DNA of 64,000 nt from Adineta vaga (taxonomy: Eukaryota; Animalia; Rotifera): assembly GCA_021613535.1 (NCBI GenBank), contig CP075493.1, positions 7,626,001 through 7,690,000 of the forward strand, written 5' to 3'. The translations under genes were made by a program, and so were the position numbers. Under the pieces are notes generated by a model. That model made no database searches. It saw nothing but the letters and a program-made list of their open reading frames with translations, and was not told where the DNA came from. This document shows positions 30,959 through 44,701 of this stretch, piece after piece; position 1 is the stretch's first letter; every line of letters starts with the position of its first letter.

Positions 30959-33750
30959 CACTGCTTAGTAGAAATCTAGAGGATAACTGGATAACTGATG
31001 AATAGCTCAATCAACAGCTGAAAGTCAGCAGTCGCGACTCGCGAGAAAATAATTAGCAAGAGTTATAAAATGAATCTTGTTTTAATACGGTTCAATCCAT
31101 ATCATAGATCTCAATTTTCGAAACGAAATGATAATCGGAAATACACTTTTCTAACGTAATGTCGACATAATGTATGGTTAAATTTAAAAAAAAATACATA
31201 AGATTTTCTTTTAAAAATTTTTCCGAGAGTTTATATTCAGAAATCATCTTCCAGATAGAATGTAAGTCATGTCTGCATGAGTTTAGCCTATTCTATTATA
31301 TTTTTTAATACAATATTTATGGAAACTACATTAGCAAATAATAACGATGTCCAAAGATCTTGAATTCTACCTTGAAGACGATATGATGGAGTCTGACAGA
31401 TAATAACTACATGAGAAAAGTAGCAACAACTTACAATTTTAACCTGAAAGATGAATAAATATCTGTATCAGAGAAACTTGAACAATCTAAACATGAAATT
31501 CAAATCTCGATGGAAATAGAAATCTGTCCACATTTCAGATGTTTTTTTTCTTTAAAGTCTGATTAAAAGATAGTTCATATATATGTGAAAGCTTTTCGGA
31601 ATATAGCTAAATGATATTTGATACTGGTCATACTATAATCATCATATCATGAAAGATTTGAGAATGAACGATTATCTTAAATTGTGACTTATTGAAGAAG
31701 TGAATAAATTGAAGGTATGCGAGCACTATTGCGATTTAGACTATAAACCATCGAGATAACTCAGTAAAGATTAATGTACTGCTATCATAGTGCAATATTT
31801 ATTCACGGAGGGTAGGCAGCTTGATATTTTAGAAGAAGTGTTCTTCTAGAATAGATGAGTTTGAAGATTTGAATAGAATTAAAAAATATAATAGTTCCAT
31901 TAGTAAAATTGAAGACGTTTAAAATAAATATAAATTGAGTATAAATGAGATTATTAAACTGTTTGAAAGAAGACACTTACGGTTTTAACAAAGAACTCTA
32001 AATAAATGTGGTTTATTTTGTCAAAAACATTACATGTTCATGAATGTCGATCATATGATTATGACATGGCATACAAAATATCATTCTAGTTTGTCAAAAG
32101 TAGCACTTTAAGTTTATTTCGAGTTTATATAAATATTCAAAATGGATAGTTCGCTATTTGAAGATATTATGATAAATATTTTGTCCTTTTCGATCGGATA
32201 TCACCAAACAACAGCAGTTTTGAAATAACTTAAACTATAATTTATTGATAATTATGTTGAATTAATACAATTCCTTCTTTCTTTTTTTGCTTTATCTAAA
32301 AGAGGTGAAATTAATATTCAACTAATTCTACTGTGCATATCGATTATTAACAGAATTTTCACGAAAACTCAAGATTTGACATGTCTTGACATAATTTAAA
32401 AATTGAAATAACAACTCTAAAGATTGTTAGCAAAAGTTGTATCCTGATTATTATATATATATAAGCATTAATTAACATTAACGTCGATGAATAATTCTAT
32501 ACTATGACTGTTTACAATAACATTAGTATTTAAAGCATTAGCATTAGTGTTAATTAATACCAGTACTAATGTGACACCCCTTTGTGCAAAATGTTTATTT
32601 GAATGAAGTCAACAGTAGGCTTATCGTCAAATGCAAAACAGAATCGAATTCAACATATATTATTATGGACATTATTTCGCATAAATAACTCTAGATCGAT
32701 AAAGTCGAAGATTATCCGACATATCTATTGATAACTAATGTTGATTTTATATGAACAGAAGTCTTCTGTCAATATAAGTACAATGAATGGAATAGCTAAT
32801 ATGATTGATACGTCGAAATTGTCTCCAAAATGTTTATTTAGATGACGAAAACAATTGTGTTATTGATTTTCCTTAAAGAAAGAATAGATTAAACAGCATT
32901 TTCAATCTGTTTTATAAAGCATAATATGATTAATTGTCCTTCTAGATCTTCTCTGCATTCGATAAGTTTTTGTTTTTTTTCTATAACCAAAAGTATTAGA
33001 TTACACATACTAAAAATACTCTACTAATAGTTATCTTTCATAAAAAAGACACATTTTATACTACTTTCTATCTGTTTGAGGACAATTCTAACTAACCATA
33101 AAATATAAATTAAATAAGCGAAACTGTTGACAGCATTAATTTATTCTTTGTATGTATCGAATCTAACTGAAATATCTGAGTGGAAGAAAAAGATTGGTTC
33201 TGTTAAATCATTCAGAAATAAAACGAAACAGATTGTCTGTCGTACAATTGATTTCATACATGATCGAGTGATTTCATAGCGAGTTTGTTTTTCTTTTTTT
33301 GACAACTTTTATTCTAACTTTGTGTTTTTTCTAATCTCTTGTATACGATTCTCTCTTCTCGAACATGATATCTTGATTGTACAAAGACGATAGTAACTGT
33401 CATTTTAGATATTTATGTCTTCAAACAGAGCATAGACTTGATTCTATTTGGACGATACAGATTTATTGTATAAAAAAGATATCTCCGTAGTTTATTAAAT
33501 CATTTATTTGAGAAATAGAAGAGAGAAGGTCATAATAATAGTTTCGAACGATAAGAACAATTTCAAACTAATATTGATTCAATTATACATTGATTTGAAT
33601 TTAAGCTTTGTGTGAAACAATGTGAAATACTCTCTCATACATCCTATGAATTAGTCAAACATATTCTCTATCTCGTGTTCTTTTTTGTTGATTCAAACTC
33701 ATCAACTGATAACCAACAGATTATTTTCCTTTTCGTAATTTTTCTTTTAG

Positions 33751-34614
33751 ATGACATTACTTCACTATTATTACTTGGGATTCATTTTCATTAACTATGC
33801 TAAATATCTTTTAGCATTGAAATGTTATGAATGTGATGGAATGATTTTTAATTCCTCACTTACCATTGATAATATTCCGTCACCAACAAAAGATGACTGC
33901 AAAATTGTTTCAGCTGAACTTACATGTTCTGTACGTATTGGATGGTATAAAGATCGTGCAACTGAAGTCTATTATGGTGCAGATACTCCTTTACCTATTG
34001 ATAGTGTTGTCGTTAAAACTGAGCGTAAAGTAACAACCTGGTCCGGTGAATATGAAACTCGTCGATTTATTATTTACAATTGCAAAGCCATGAATTCAAC
34101 ACCGTGTAATACTGTTGAAAATGCAAAACGTGCTATTGCATCAACAACATTTCCTACAGAAGATCAAATCGATAAATTCGATTCATTAATTGTTCCAACA
34201 ACTGATTTTGATGGTCGTTCATGTTTAAATTATACAAATGCAACAGATTGTCGAGATATAAATCTAGTTAGTTGTCAGCAATGTGTTGGTATTATTGAAT
34301 ATTCAGAGCGACAAGAAACATGTGCAACTTGTCCAGCAAATAAAGCAACGATGAATTTTTTCGATTATGAAACAACATTTTTTCTTACTAATCGAACACA
34401 TTTGGATGTTATACGATTAGGTTGTCGAAAACATGGTGCTTGTAATTCAATAGAAAATATTAACAAAATCAAAGATACTCTAATAACTGATTTCGATTTT
34501 GGAAAATTCTATTATTCTACAGCAACATTAACAAAATCAAATTCAATCACAATCATTCTGATGTTTATAATTGGATTTTTCTATTCGAATGAAAGTCGTT
34601 ATATGTTTATTTAG
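33751..34614 (+). CDS. Secreted/GPI-type Cys-rich protein with two three-finger-like units, paralog 2
   Basis: Intronless, 287 aa. Collinear with 28957-29790 (LKCYEC, GEY.TR, FD.L, CQQCV, GC...CN) with a hydrophobic tail. Confidence 0.7.
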   Translation: MTLLHYYYLGFIFINYAKYLLALKCYECDGMIFNSSLTIDNIPSPTKDDCKIVSAELTCSVRIGWYKDRATEVYYGADTPLPIDSVVVKTERKVTTWSGEYETRRFIIYNCKAMNSTPCNTVENAKRAIASTTFPTEDQIDKFDSLIVPTTDFDGRSCLNYTNATDCRDINLVSCQQCVGIIEYSERQETCATCPANKATMNFFDYETTFFLTNRTHLDVIRLGCRKHGACNSIENINKIKDTLITDFDFGKFYYSTATLTKSNSITIILMFIIGFFYSNESRYMFI

Positions 34615-34667
34615 ATCATGAAAAAAAAAGACATCTGACAGATTTAAGAAAAAAACAAACAAACATT

Positions 34668-37600
34668 CTAATGTTGTCGAATGGATGATTTTGCTATTCG
34701 ATGATAATAACCATTATAATTCAGTCGTATTAATAAATCATCTAACGATGTTTTATAACCTTTTTCAACAAGTTTTGTTAGAACTAAATTTAAAGTAATA
34801 AAAATGTCAAAGTTTATCAATCTTTTCTCTACAATTAATTAGATCAACACAAACCTTTGAAAAGTGAAAGTACAGCTATGTGATATTTCTCAAACGTTGT
34901 ACGTAACGCTTGAATACTTGTATCTGATGTATCGATATGTTTAGCATCGAGAATCCAAGAGAATGTTTTCAATTGACAACGAAAACGAATGATTAATGTT
35001 AGAACACGATTGACTTCATTTAAAATTGGTGTTGCATTAGGAGTAAGAAGACAACTAGAAAAGAAATTCGATTGATGGTGACATTCCTTTTATTTTTGTT
35101 TTATTTTGAAAAGATTTACTTTAACATCGTTCGATCTAAATATTCATTATGTGCTGCAGCAATTTCATTGATATGTTTTGCTTTTTGAATTTTACGCATA
35201 AATTCATTCCAAGCAACTTGAATCACTTGATTAGTTATATAATTACTAAGTGCAGTCATAAAATGTTGCATCTGATGTCTAAAATTGATATAGAAAAGAT
35301 GATTGAACAAATAGATTTGAATTATTTTCCTACCTAAATTGATGTAATTGTGCTAAAACAGGATTTCGTTGTTTACCTTCAAAAGAATTTGAAAGTATTT
35401 AAATAGAAATTCAGTAATGAAAGTGACTTACAAGCTTTCAACACAATCCAAATTTCATTTAGAACTTGTTTAACAATAAGTATTCGTAGAAGAAATCGAA
35501 ATATGACTTTATATTTCTCTAGCATATCTTGTGAGATGACAATATTTAATGGCCATTGTATAATATAATTTAAATCAAAATAATCAAGTAATGTGGCATC
35601 TAAAAGACTAATTGAATTTGGTATATCCGATTTTGCTGATAATTGAAGAACATCGTGTAAATGATTCAATTCTCCTGCTTGATCTAATGATGTATAAAGA
35701 AGTTGTCGCATAGAATTTACTCGATAGATCACTTGAACATCATCATTAGCTAATAATATTCGTGATAATTCACCACAAAATGCTAAACCAAATCGACCTG
35801 TTGCAAGAAAATAATAAGCACGAAGATTATTTAAATGATTTAATAATTTTAATTCATCAAAGAAATAATTGAGCAATGCACGATTTACTAATTGAGATCT
35901 AAATTAACGAAATGAATGAAGAAAATGAATTTTAATAAGATTATTTTTCACATACTGAACATGAATTAATGGAGATATTGAATGTTCTAACCAAACACGT
36001 AATGGTGACATATCATAATCAAACCAAGATGTTGCGAAATTTTGTTTTGATAATGAAGTATCTTTTTCTTTGATATTAAAGTCTATAAAATAAAACAAAA
36101 CGAATAGAATGACTTTGAATTCTTCATGAGAGAAAATCTTCAGATGAAATTTCTTTACGAACCGAATTTATCATTATATTTGAATTGTGGTCCATTCGCT
36201 ATAATTGTATCCCAATCATAGATTTTCTCTGGTAGTTCTTCTTCATCTTAATGAGAAGATATATGCAAAATTAAAACAAATTTCTATTATTGATTTATTT
36301 ACCTTGACTGTCATCAAGTGGATTATGATCGATCATATAATTTTGAATAGTCGATTTGAGTACATTACTTGGAACAAGTTTTATTCCTGGTCGATATTGT
36401 GCTTGTGTTGTTTCTTCATTTGCTGTATGTCGAATAGTTGATGCAGTTATTATTTGAGTTTGAACATTCGGTGATATAGACATCGCATCAATTGTTTCTA
36501 CTTGTTCGATTGTTGATGGAGGTGAAATATCCATTGGTTCATTGTTAACAGTAGGTACTATGCTTGGGGATTGATCGATCGCTGGTGTATGAAAACTTAA
36601 TGAAGACGCAGAAGAAACTGTTGAAATTGATGGTTGAACTTCTTTTGGTGTTTCTGTCGTGTTGTTAGGTTGAATTCGTCGACGAAATTGTTCTTCTCGT
36701 TCAGTAGCATCACGCATTTTTGCATCATATTCAGAGATAATTTCATTACTAGAGATTAATTACGATAGAAAATAAAGATTGAATAGAACTATTTGTGTTT
36801 TTACCGAACACTCTGTATTAAATCAGCATAAGGTGTAGCCAGACGTGATCCAATGATTGTTGTTGTTGAGGTAACTTTATTTAATTCTGCATCAGCAAGT
36901 GTTTCTGCAAGTTTATCTTCTTTGATCTAATGAAAATCTTGATAGATTTTGAATTAATTATGACAAAATAATCATACCTGTTTCTGTTTTTTTTCTACTT
37001 GTTCTTGCCATTCATCGCGTAACATTTGTTTACCTTTAAGTAATCGTTGTCTTTCATTATCGGCAATTTCTATTCAAACGAGAAGAAAAAAAATCAATTA
37101 TGAAAAACTAAGCACTTCTTCTCTGTCATATTCGAATTCATTCAAACTAACTTTTTCTTTCTGCTCGTTGTTGATCTTGTCGTGCATACATTTCCATTCG
37201 TTCTTGAACTTTTGCTTGTTCAATTTCCAATCGTTTCTGTTTCCTTGAAACAAAAACCGAGACATAATCACATAAAAAAGTTTCATCTTATTTTTCTTAC
37301 TGTGCTTCTTCATATTCTCGTATCTTATTCGACATTTCTTCTTGATATTTATAGATTTGATCTTGATCAATGTGATTCTCAAAACTCATATGAACAAATT
37401 TTAATTCCGGTTTAATATTTGTTGTTAGAAAACATAATGGATGATTTTTATCACATAATTTAATTAATAATAATGAACGAGTTATATTGACAATTTGTTG
37501 TAAATATTCAATCGGTAAAATTTGATAAAATATCGTATCAGTATTATTTGCATGTAAATAACGTATCGTAAATGTTTTCGTCCAGAAATCCGTTGTTTTC

Positions 37601-39386
37601 AAACCAGTTAAACGATTATGATTGAAAAGAATAGGATATTCATTATAACGATCGAGATAATTCGAATTGATAATAAGATTTGTTAGAAACGATAACAATG
37701 GTCGTAATGCATATGTTATAAAATGAATAAGTAAAAGAAAATAATTTGGATCAATATTGTGATAATTATGATTGAGAAGAGTATGAAGAATAGAAGATAG
37801 TTTGACGAAAGCAATGGATGTTTGAGGAGAAGATGTTCGAATTGTTTGTTCAAGGTCATTGATAGTTGATATTAATGAAAGTGGAAGACTAAAACAAGAG
37901 TTCCAAGTCGATTAATGCTATGCTATACTAAACTTACTCGAGACTACAAAGTATTGGATCTAATTGAGCAGCGAATTTCACAAGAGAATCTTTGGCAATA
38001 TCATGCATAGCAATGGATTTTTGAACATAACGTAAATAACATCGAAGAGCTTGACAGAGTTCATTTTCTGTATCAGAATGTGTTGATGAACGATTAATAT
38101 ATTCTTTAATCCTATGAAAACAATTTCCTGCTTGAATATATTTCATGGAAAAGTGTTCCATCGTTATCTGTGTATAACCAAGAACATATACGTCAGATTT
38201 TAATTCAAATGTTTCATAAATCTAATTAAACGATATGATTTACATGTTTTTTTTTCTCGAAAAATGAATTACTTCATTCCATTCAAATGTTTGAGATGAT
38301 ATACCCATCAGCATATAGCAAAGATCACGAAGATATTCATCAACTGCAATTGGATAATAATTCGTATCGATAGAATACGATGATGATGATAAGGATGGTT
38401 TTTGAAAAAGAAGTAATAAACATAGATGTTGAAATGGTCGATCATCAATACGAAGATCAAATAAATATGGACGTGTTCTATCGTAGATATAACTAAGATG
38501 ATAAAATAAGTATAAATAAATGAAAGGCAGATATATGTTAAGTTTTACCTGCCACGTTGTTCCCATGTGAAATATTTATTTTCTGCTTGTATAAAAGCAC
38601 GAGACCAAAGATCTGTTTGATCGATTGGAACTAGTGCTAATTTTGATTGATCTTCAGAAAGAGATGATGAAGCAGATTGAAAACCATCATCAGCATCACC
38701 AATGCAAATTTCCTTCTAAGAAAAATCAAGCTGATTTCCTTTTCTATATAATCTTATTCTCGTACTTCATCAACATCCTCTTCTTCATCTTCAAAAGTTA
38801 ATATCCATCGATTATGATCTGGTTTATTTTGTGATAATTCAAAGAGAGTACTTTGTGATGGTATAATTCGACGTAATATCTTCTTTTTATTTCGTTGCAA
38901 CTAATCAAATACAATTAAAGTAAACGATGAACTAAAGATTAATCACATACTAATTCAGTTGTATTATGAATATCAGACAGACATGTTCGATTGGGTTTTT
39001 CTATTAATTGTTGACTGATGGTATGTATACGTTCAACTTGTTGTGAACGTGAATGAACACTCTAATGAAAAGAAAAGTTTAAAATTTGTCCTACAACACT
39101 AGTGTACTGAAGTTCTTCTAGCATCTCTGTCTTATGTTATTTTCTTGACAAACTATAGAAAGTTGAATTGACCTACATCATCATAATCATCTTCTTTAGT
39201 TGTACTTTCATTTAAATTAAAAATATGATTGTAATTTTCTAATAAAATTCTTTGACCAATAAGCCAATCTTTTTCAAGATTGAATATTTGTGAAATATTA
39301 TTCTAAATATAAATCATATAGGACACTACATTATCACTTGTATCAAAATCCTTTACCGGATCGTTCGAATCAACGATAATCGACAT
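34668..39386 (-). CDS. TUBGCP6: Gamma-tubulin complex component, GCP6-like
   Basis: GRIP2 motifs HLNNLRAYYFL, LNYIIQWPLNIVISQDMLEKYKVIFRFLL, FRHQMQHF...NYITNQVIQVAWNEF and LLIRLNYNGYY. A central coiled-coil and S/T/P-rich insertion is typical of GCP6. The start is approximate. Confidence 0.8.
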
Positions 39387-39646
39387 AATTGATACTATAT
39401 CATCAATGAACTTCTTTCTATCACTCAAAAATCACAAAAAATAATTTCGTTTCGAATGGTTTCTTTGATTTATCCAATACATAATTGTTCTTTTTTCTCT
39501 ACTATCGCCATCTATTGGATAGATTTTAATTGGCTCTTTTTCATATTATTCATATTATATGTGTGTCCTTTTTTTTTCTCTTTCGGTATATTACATTACA
39601 TTATTATTGTTGTTATTATTTTGTTACATTGATTGCAATCTATACA
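39387..39646. promoter_or_regulatory. Compact bidirectional promoter (GCP6 / tropomodulin)
   Basis: Head-to-head ATGs about 260 nt apart. CCAAT near 39475 and ATTGG near 39514 and 39529. Confidence 0.5.
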
Positions 39647-41683
39647 ATGACAACAGCGAAAACGTCTAATGAACATTTTGATATGGATGATTTCGATTCA
39701 CTTTTAGACGGACTTACTGCCGAAGAACTTGACAAAATCAATGATTTTGTTGATCCAGAAGTAATTATGAATATCTGTCGATTTTCTAATTGTTGTTGTT
39801 TTTTTCTTCTCTCTCTCTCTTTCGTTAAATAGAATTCGTATTTACCAGCTGGTGACCGTTGTAAACCACAGACGAATAAAGCTGCAACAGGTCCATATAA
39901 TCGTAATCAACTTTTAGAATTTCTTACTGAACAAGGTAAAAATGAAAAAGACTGGGATGAACAAAAACCGTATGTGGCTGGTGAAAAACGAGGCAAAGTT
40001 TGGGAACCAGCTGCAGTTGTTACACCAACAACTGAAGAAGATGATTTTCTTGCACCAACAGAATGGGATGATGTATTAACGAATGCTAGTGAAACAGAAA
40101 TTGTTGAACTTGCTGGTTTGTTTCATTTGATTTACTATGAATATTTAATTCTATGCTTTTTTTTTCGTATAGCTATTTTGGGTTTTACAGGTTTAATCAA
40201 TCAAGTTCAATATCATGCTGCTGTAATGGATAAAGCTTCATCTGTTAATTCTGGTGGTTGGAATGGTTAGATATACTTTGAAATGAAAAAGATAATTCCT
40301 ATTCTTTTCATTTGTTTGTTTTAAGCTGCAGCTAAAGCTGAACCATTACGAATAGTTCCACCTGAACCAGATAATACAACCAATGTCGAAGATTGTATTA
40401 AAAAAGCGTCAGCTAATGATAAAGAATTAATTCGTATTAATATAAATAATATTCGAGATGTGAAAGTTGATGTATTGAAAGATTTACTCAATGCATTAAA
40501 AGAAAATACATATGTTGAAGTTCTTGAAATGGTTAATGTTGGTATGACAGATAGTGTTGGTCGTGTAAGTGATAGTTTCTTTTTTGAAGAAAAGAAGAAA
40601 AGTACTCTTTGTTATTATAGAGTCTTGTGGAACTTATCGAAGCAAATACAACATTGAAAACAGTTAATGCAGAATCAAATCGTTTAACAGGTCCAGTTAT
40701 AACTGAAATTGTACGAAGTACATTGAAAAATCAGACAATCATCGAATTACGTTTATCAAATCAAGTAAAGTCTTTTTGTTTATTTATTTATCTATCAATT
40801 CTACGAAGAGAAAATAACATTCGTTTCGAATTAGTCGGAATGTTTAAGAAATAAACAAATCATTGGATATTTAAGATACTCTAATCGATTGATTAATGTC
40901 AATCAGATGTCGAACTTGTCTACACTAAAAAATACGAAGGTTCTATAAACAATAGAAAATCATCAGACTTTCCAATGTTATTCATGTTGAAGTAATCATT
41001 GAATTGATAAAATAGGACGACTTTCAGTGTATTTTTATTGACTAATACTCGAGTTGAACTTATATAAAAAAAAATTGTTCCAGAGTTTTGTTTTTAGACA
41101 TCTGGGAAAGGTTATAATTGTAACAAATCTAGTAGCACTTAAAAGAAAATTATATATTTTAATATATGTAAAAGGGTAATAGTTTATCACGCTTGATTAC
41201 ATTTTATGAAATCGTCCGTATTATTTAGAAAAAGGAATATTTAAATCTAATTTTTTCAATTGTATTTACATTATTTCAGCTAACGAATAATTAATTTCTT
41301 CGTTCAGATACAAATTAACTGTAACTATATTCTTCACTGCCCTATACTCACACCTATATTCTAGTCTATACACACCTTTAATATATCATTTAAACTTTGT
41401 TTCTATTAATCAATTCTTTGCCCTTTTTTTTAAGCGTTCACAAATTCTTGGTAATCGAGTTGAAATGGAAGTTGCTGATGCTATTGCACAAAATAACACG
41501 CTTCTTCGCTTAAATTTACAATTTGATACACTTGGGCCACGTATTCGTGTTACCGAAAAACTTAAACAAAATCTTGATGCTTGTAAGAAGAAAAATAAAT
41601 ACATCAGTTCTAAACATTTTTTTAAAATTATCGTTTTAGTACGTAAAAAACGTCTTTCAACTAAACAAGAAACTAAAAATTAA
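39647..41683 (+). CDS. TMOD: Tropomodulin
   Basis: LL..LTAEELDKINDFVDPENSYLPAGDRCKPQTNKAATGPYNR, EIVELAAILG, and LRR cap NAESNRLTG, ELRLSNQ, LGNRVEMEVADAIAQNNTLLRL. Confidence 0.95.
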
Positions 41684-42025
41684 TCTATTATTTTCGCATA
41701 ATATTTTTTATCTATTTTATTTATCTACCTGCATTTGCATACTTTCATGCTTTGGTAATCTCTTTTTTTGCTCAAAAAAAAACATTATGGTGCTGATTTA
41801 TCATTCTCATTGCAAGATTATTCAAGATACTCTATTTTTCTAGTCAACACCATCAACGAAAATATTAAAGTGCTTTTTACCTGCTTTTCTTGCTTCAGGA
41901 CTATTTATAAACATTCATCTTTTCTTTTTTTTTGTATATATTTTATATTTATTTCTTTAAGTTTTCTATGATTTATTTAGCTTTACCTATAGATATAAAC
42001 ACCTAGTCCTTTTCTTCTGCTTCAG

Positions 42026-42658
42026 ATGTTACAATCACATGATCATCATGTTAAAGAGGACGTTTGTTTAACTCGTCCACCCTATCGAAATGGCAAAAAA
42101 TCACGTGCAGTGAAAGTTTATACAATTGCTCAAGAATCAAAATATCTTCTTGTACAAAATATTCCATCAATTGCTGGTGTTAGTGAACAATTATTACCAC
42201 ATTTTAATCAATATGGAACTATTGAACAATTTTGGAAATTAGATGGTTATGAACGAAAAGATATTCGTGACGATGATCAATTTTTAGATACGATGTTGAT
42301 TAAATATGTACAAATTTCACGTGCACGTCTAGCAAAATGTCGTCTGGATGATATGAATTTTATGGGATCGAGTTTACATGTTTGTTATGCACCTGAATGT
42401 GAAAATTTAGATGATTTAAGAGAAAAAATTCATGATCGAAAAGTTGTCGTTCAACGGAAAAGTGAAATGAATAAATTTCTTGGAAGAAAACATTCGAAAA
42501 CTCGAACTGTTACGTCAACAACAATGAAATCATCACAATCATTCGTACAAACAACCAATGATATTCGTGCGAAAATGCGTGAAATTGTACAAAAATCTAA
42601 TTTAATTCCACTTGCGTTACAACAAGAAGTGAAAAAGAGAAAACGATTGCAGATATAA
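42026..42658 (+). CDS. RBM48: RNA-binding protein 48 (minor-spliceosome factor)
   Basis: Intronless. HH...VCLTRPPYRNGKKSRAVKVYTIAQESKYLLVQNIP, and AKCRLDDMNFMGSSLHVCYAPECE. Confidence 0.9.
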   Translation: MLQSHDHHVKEDVCLTRPPYRNGKKSRAVKVYTIAQESKYLLVQNIPSIAGVSEQLLPHFNQYGTIEQFWKLDGYERKDIRDDDQFLDTMLIKYVQISRARLAKCRLDDMNFMGSSLHVCYAPECENLDDLREKIHDRKVVVQRKSEMNKFLGRKHSKTRTVTSTTMKSSQSFVQTTNDIRAKMREIVQKSNLIPLALQQEVKKRKRLQI

Positions 42659-42766
42659 TTATAAATCTCATGTTTTGATGTAAAGTATTTTATTTGTAAA
42701 AATCATTCGTTTTACATTCTTTGATAGCAAATGAATAGTATCGTTGTTTTTTCTTTGTCTTTCTAG

Positions 42767-43978
42767 ATGAAAATCTTCGTTTTAGTCTTTATTCTTTTAA
42801 TCTCACCGATTGAACTACGTCGTCCTGCTGTAGATGACGAAAATGCTATTTATGAATTGTCGGATCTTCTGAAAGATCGATATGATGATCGTCATAAACA
42901 TCGTCCAAATCCATCCTATGATGTTGATCAAACCAATGCTAATGATGACGACGATAATGTTTATGATAATAATAATGAAGATTATCTTACTCCATTCCGA
43001 CGTACCAAAACTCATCCATCACATAAAAAAGTTCCTATTGAAAATGAATCTGACAAAGAAGAAATAGAACCTGATGAAGTCACAAGCCGAATAACATCTG
43101 CATCAAAGACAACAACAACAACAACAATTAGTCAAAGTGATAAGTCTGATCCATCTGTGTGTACAGAGAAATATGATATTAAATCCGAGCAATTAGTCAA
43201 AGTAAAAGAATTAACTAATGGTGCCCGTATGATCCGATATGTCGTTGTCGATATACGTACATTGCCATCGGGGGTTACCGTCAAAGATAGTTGTATGACT
43301 AGTTGTTGTGCACAAAAATCTTGTGATTTAGCCATGTTAAGCGAACAACCTACGCACGTAAGTTGTTGTTTTTTTAATTCAAAATGTTATTAGTATCTTT
43401 TCAATTCTTGTTCATCTAGAATGGATATAAATGTTATCTATTCGCTTGTAATGGTAGTTGTATTTTAGCTTCCCATCAAGATTATACAATCTTGACATTA
43501 AAAACAAATTTGATAGCAGAAAAACTTGAATCGATTTCAACATCAACAATTGGTAATTATTTTTAATGCTTTCATTAGGAATTAACTCTTTGCCTTTTTA
43601 TGTTTGTATGTCTAAAACACTCTTTGACTGAATCGATCAAATTTCAGAAACGTCTAGTTAAATTCGACACTTGTTTTTCATAATATTTGATCTGAAAAAT
43701 CCTACTGTCAAACTTGATTTATTGTTTATTTACTGTCTATAAACAGATGACAATGATGATGATAATTTCTTTCTTTTCTAGCTGCCATCGATGTTTCTCA
43801 AAAGAAGTCTTTTTTCCGTGAAACATCTGTTGTTATATTTCTTGTTTTTGGTCTTGTGTCTACAATAATATTACTCATTTTACTCGTCTGTCAATGTCGA
43901 CGATCGCGAAAACGTGGTTTGAAATTCAAAAATTATTCAGTTGACGAAGATTATTTAATCAATGGACTTTATCTCTAA
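42767..43978 (+). CDS. MANSC/MANEC-domain type I membrane protein
   Basis: Signal peptide; CMTSCCAQKSCDLAML...KCYLFACNGSC; TM VVIFLVFGLVSTIILLILLV; tail DYLINGLYL* matching the MANSC1/C11orf24-type DYLING motif. Three exons. Confidence 0.8.
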
Positions 43979-44701
43979 TTATTCATTACAGTGATCTCTA
44001 ACAATACGAAATCATTTCATTTCTTTTCCGTTTCTTTTTATTGGCAATATCTGTGACCAAACGACAGCAAAAACGAATCCCAAACCAAACAAAAATTTCT
44101 CTTTCTTTTTGAATCTCTTATTTTCTCTTTTGTTTGTTTTCTTCAAAATTCTTAACAATACTAATCTGTGCTATATACTAATCGACAACTCACTTTTTTT
44201 CAGCTAACTCTTCTTTTTTTTTCTCTCTGTGTACCATTGTAAATGCAATACTTTTGGTACAACAAAAATAAAAAAAACGATTACATATGATAGTATTCAT
44301 TCAGATCATGGCATAAGTCGAAACTGATGATTGATAAACTAAATAATTATTTTTCAAAAATATTTCAAAATCTACTAACTTTAGAGACTCTTTGCTTGTC
44401 ACCCATAGAGATAGTATGCAGCTCTCTTGTAGAATGATGTTTGCTTATAACATTCATATAAAGATTTTAAATTTTCAATCTATACGATTGATTAATATGG
44501 ACGGCGAGAGTAATGTTAGCCAAGACATAAGAAATGCAACAGTCTTCTTTATGAAGAATCGAAAACTATTGCGTCACAAGAAAAATAAAATATATCTTAT
44601 GATACTTGCAAACATTCTGTCAGATATGTTTAATATCGATGATACGCAGAGTTATTGTTGAATTCAACTGTCTGATCGATTCATTTCACTTTCTATTGTA
44701 G

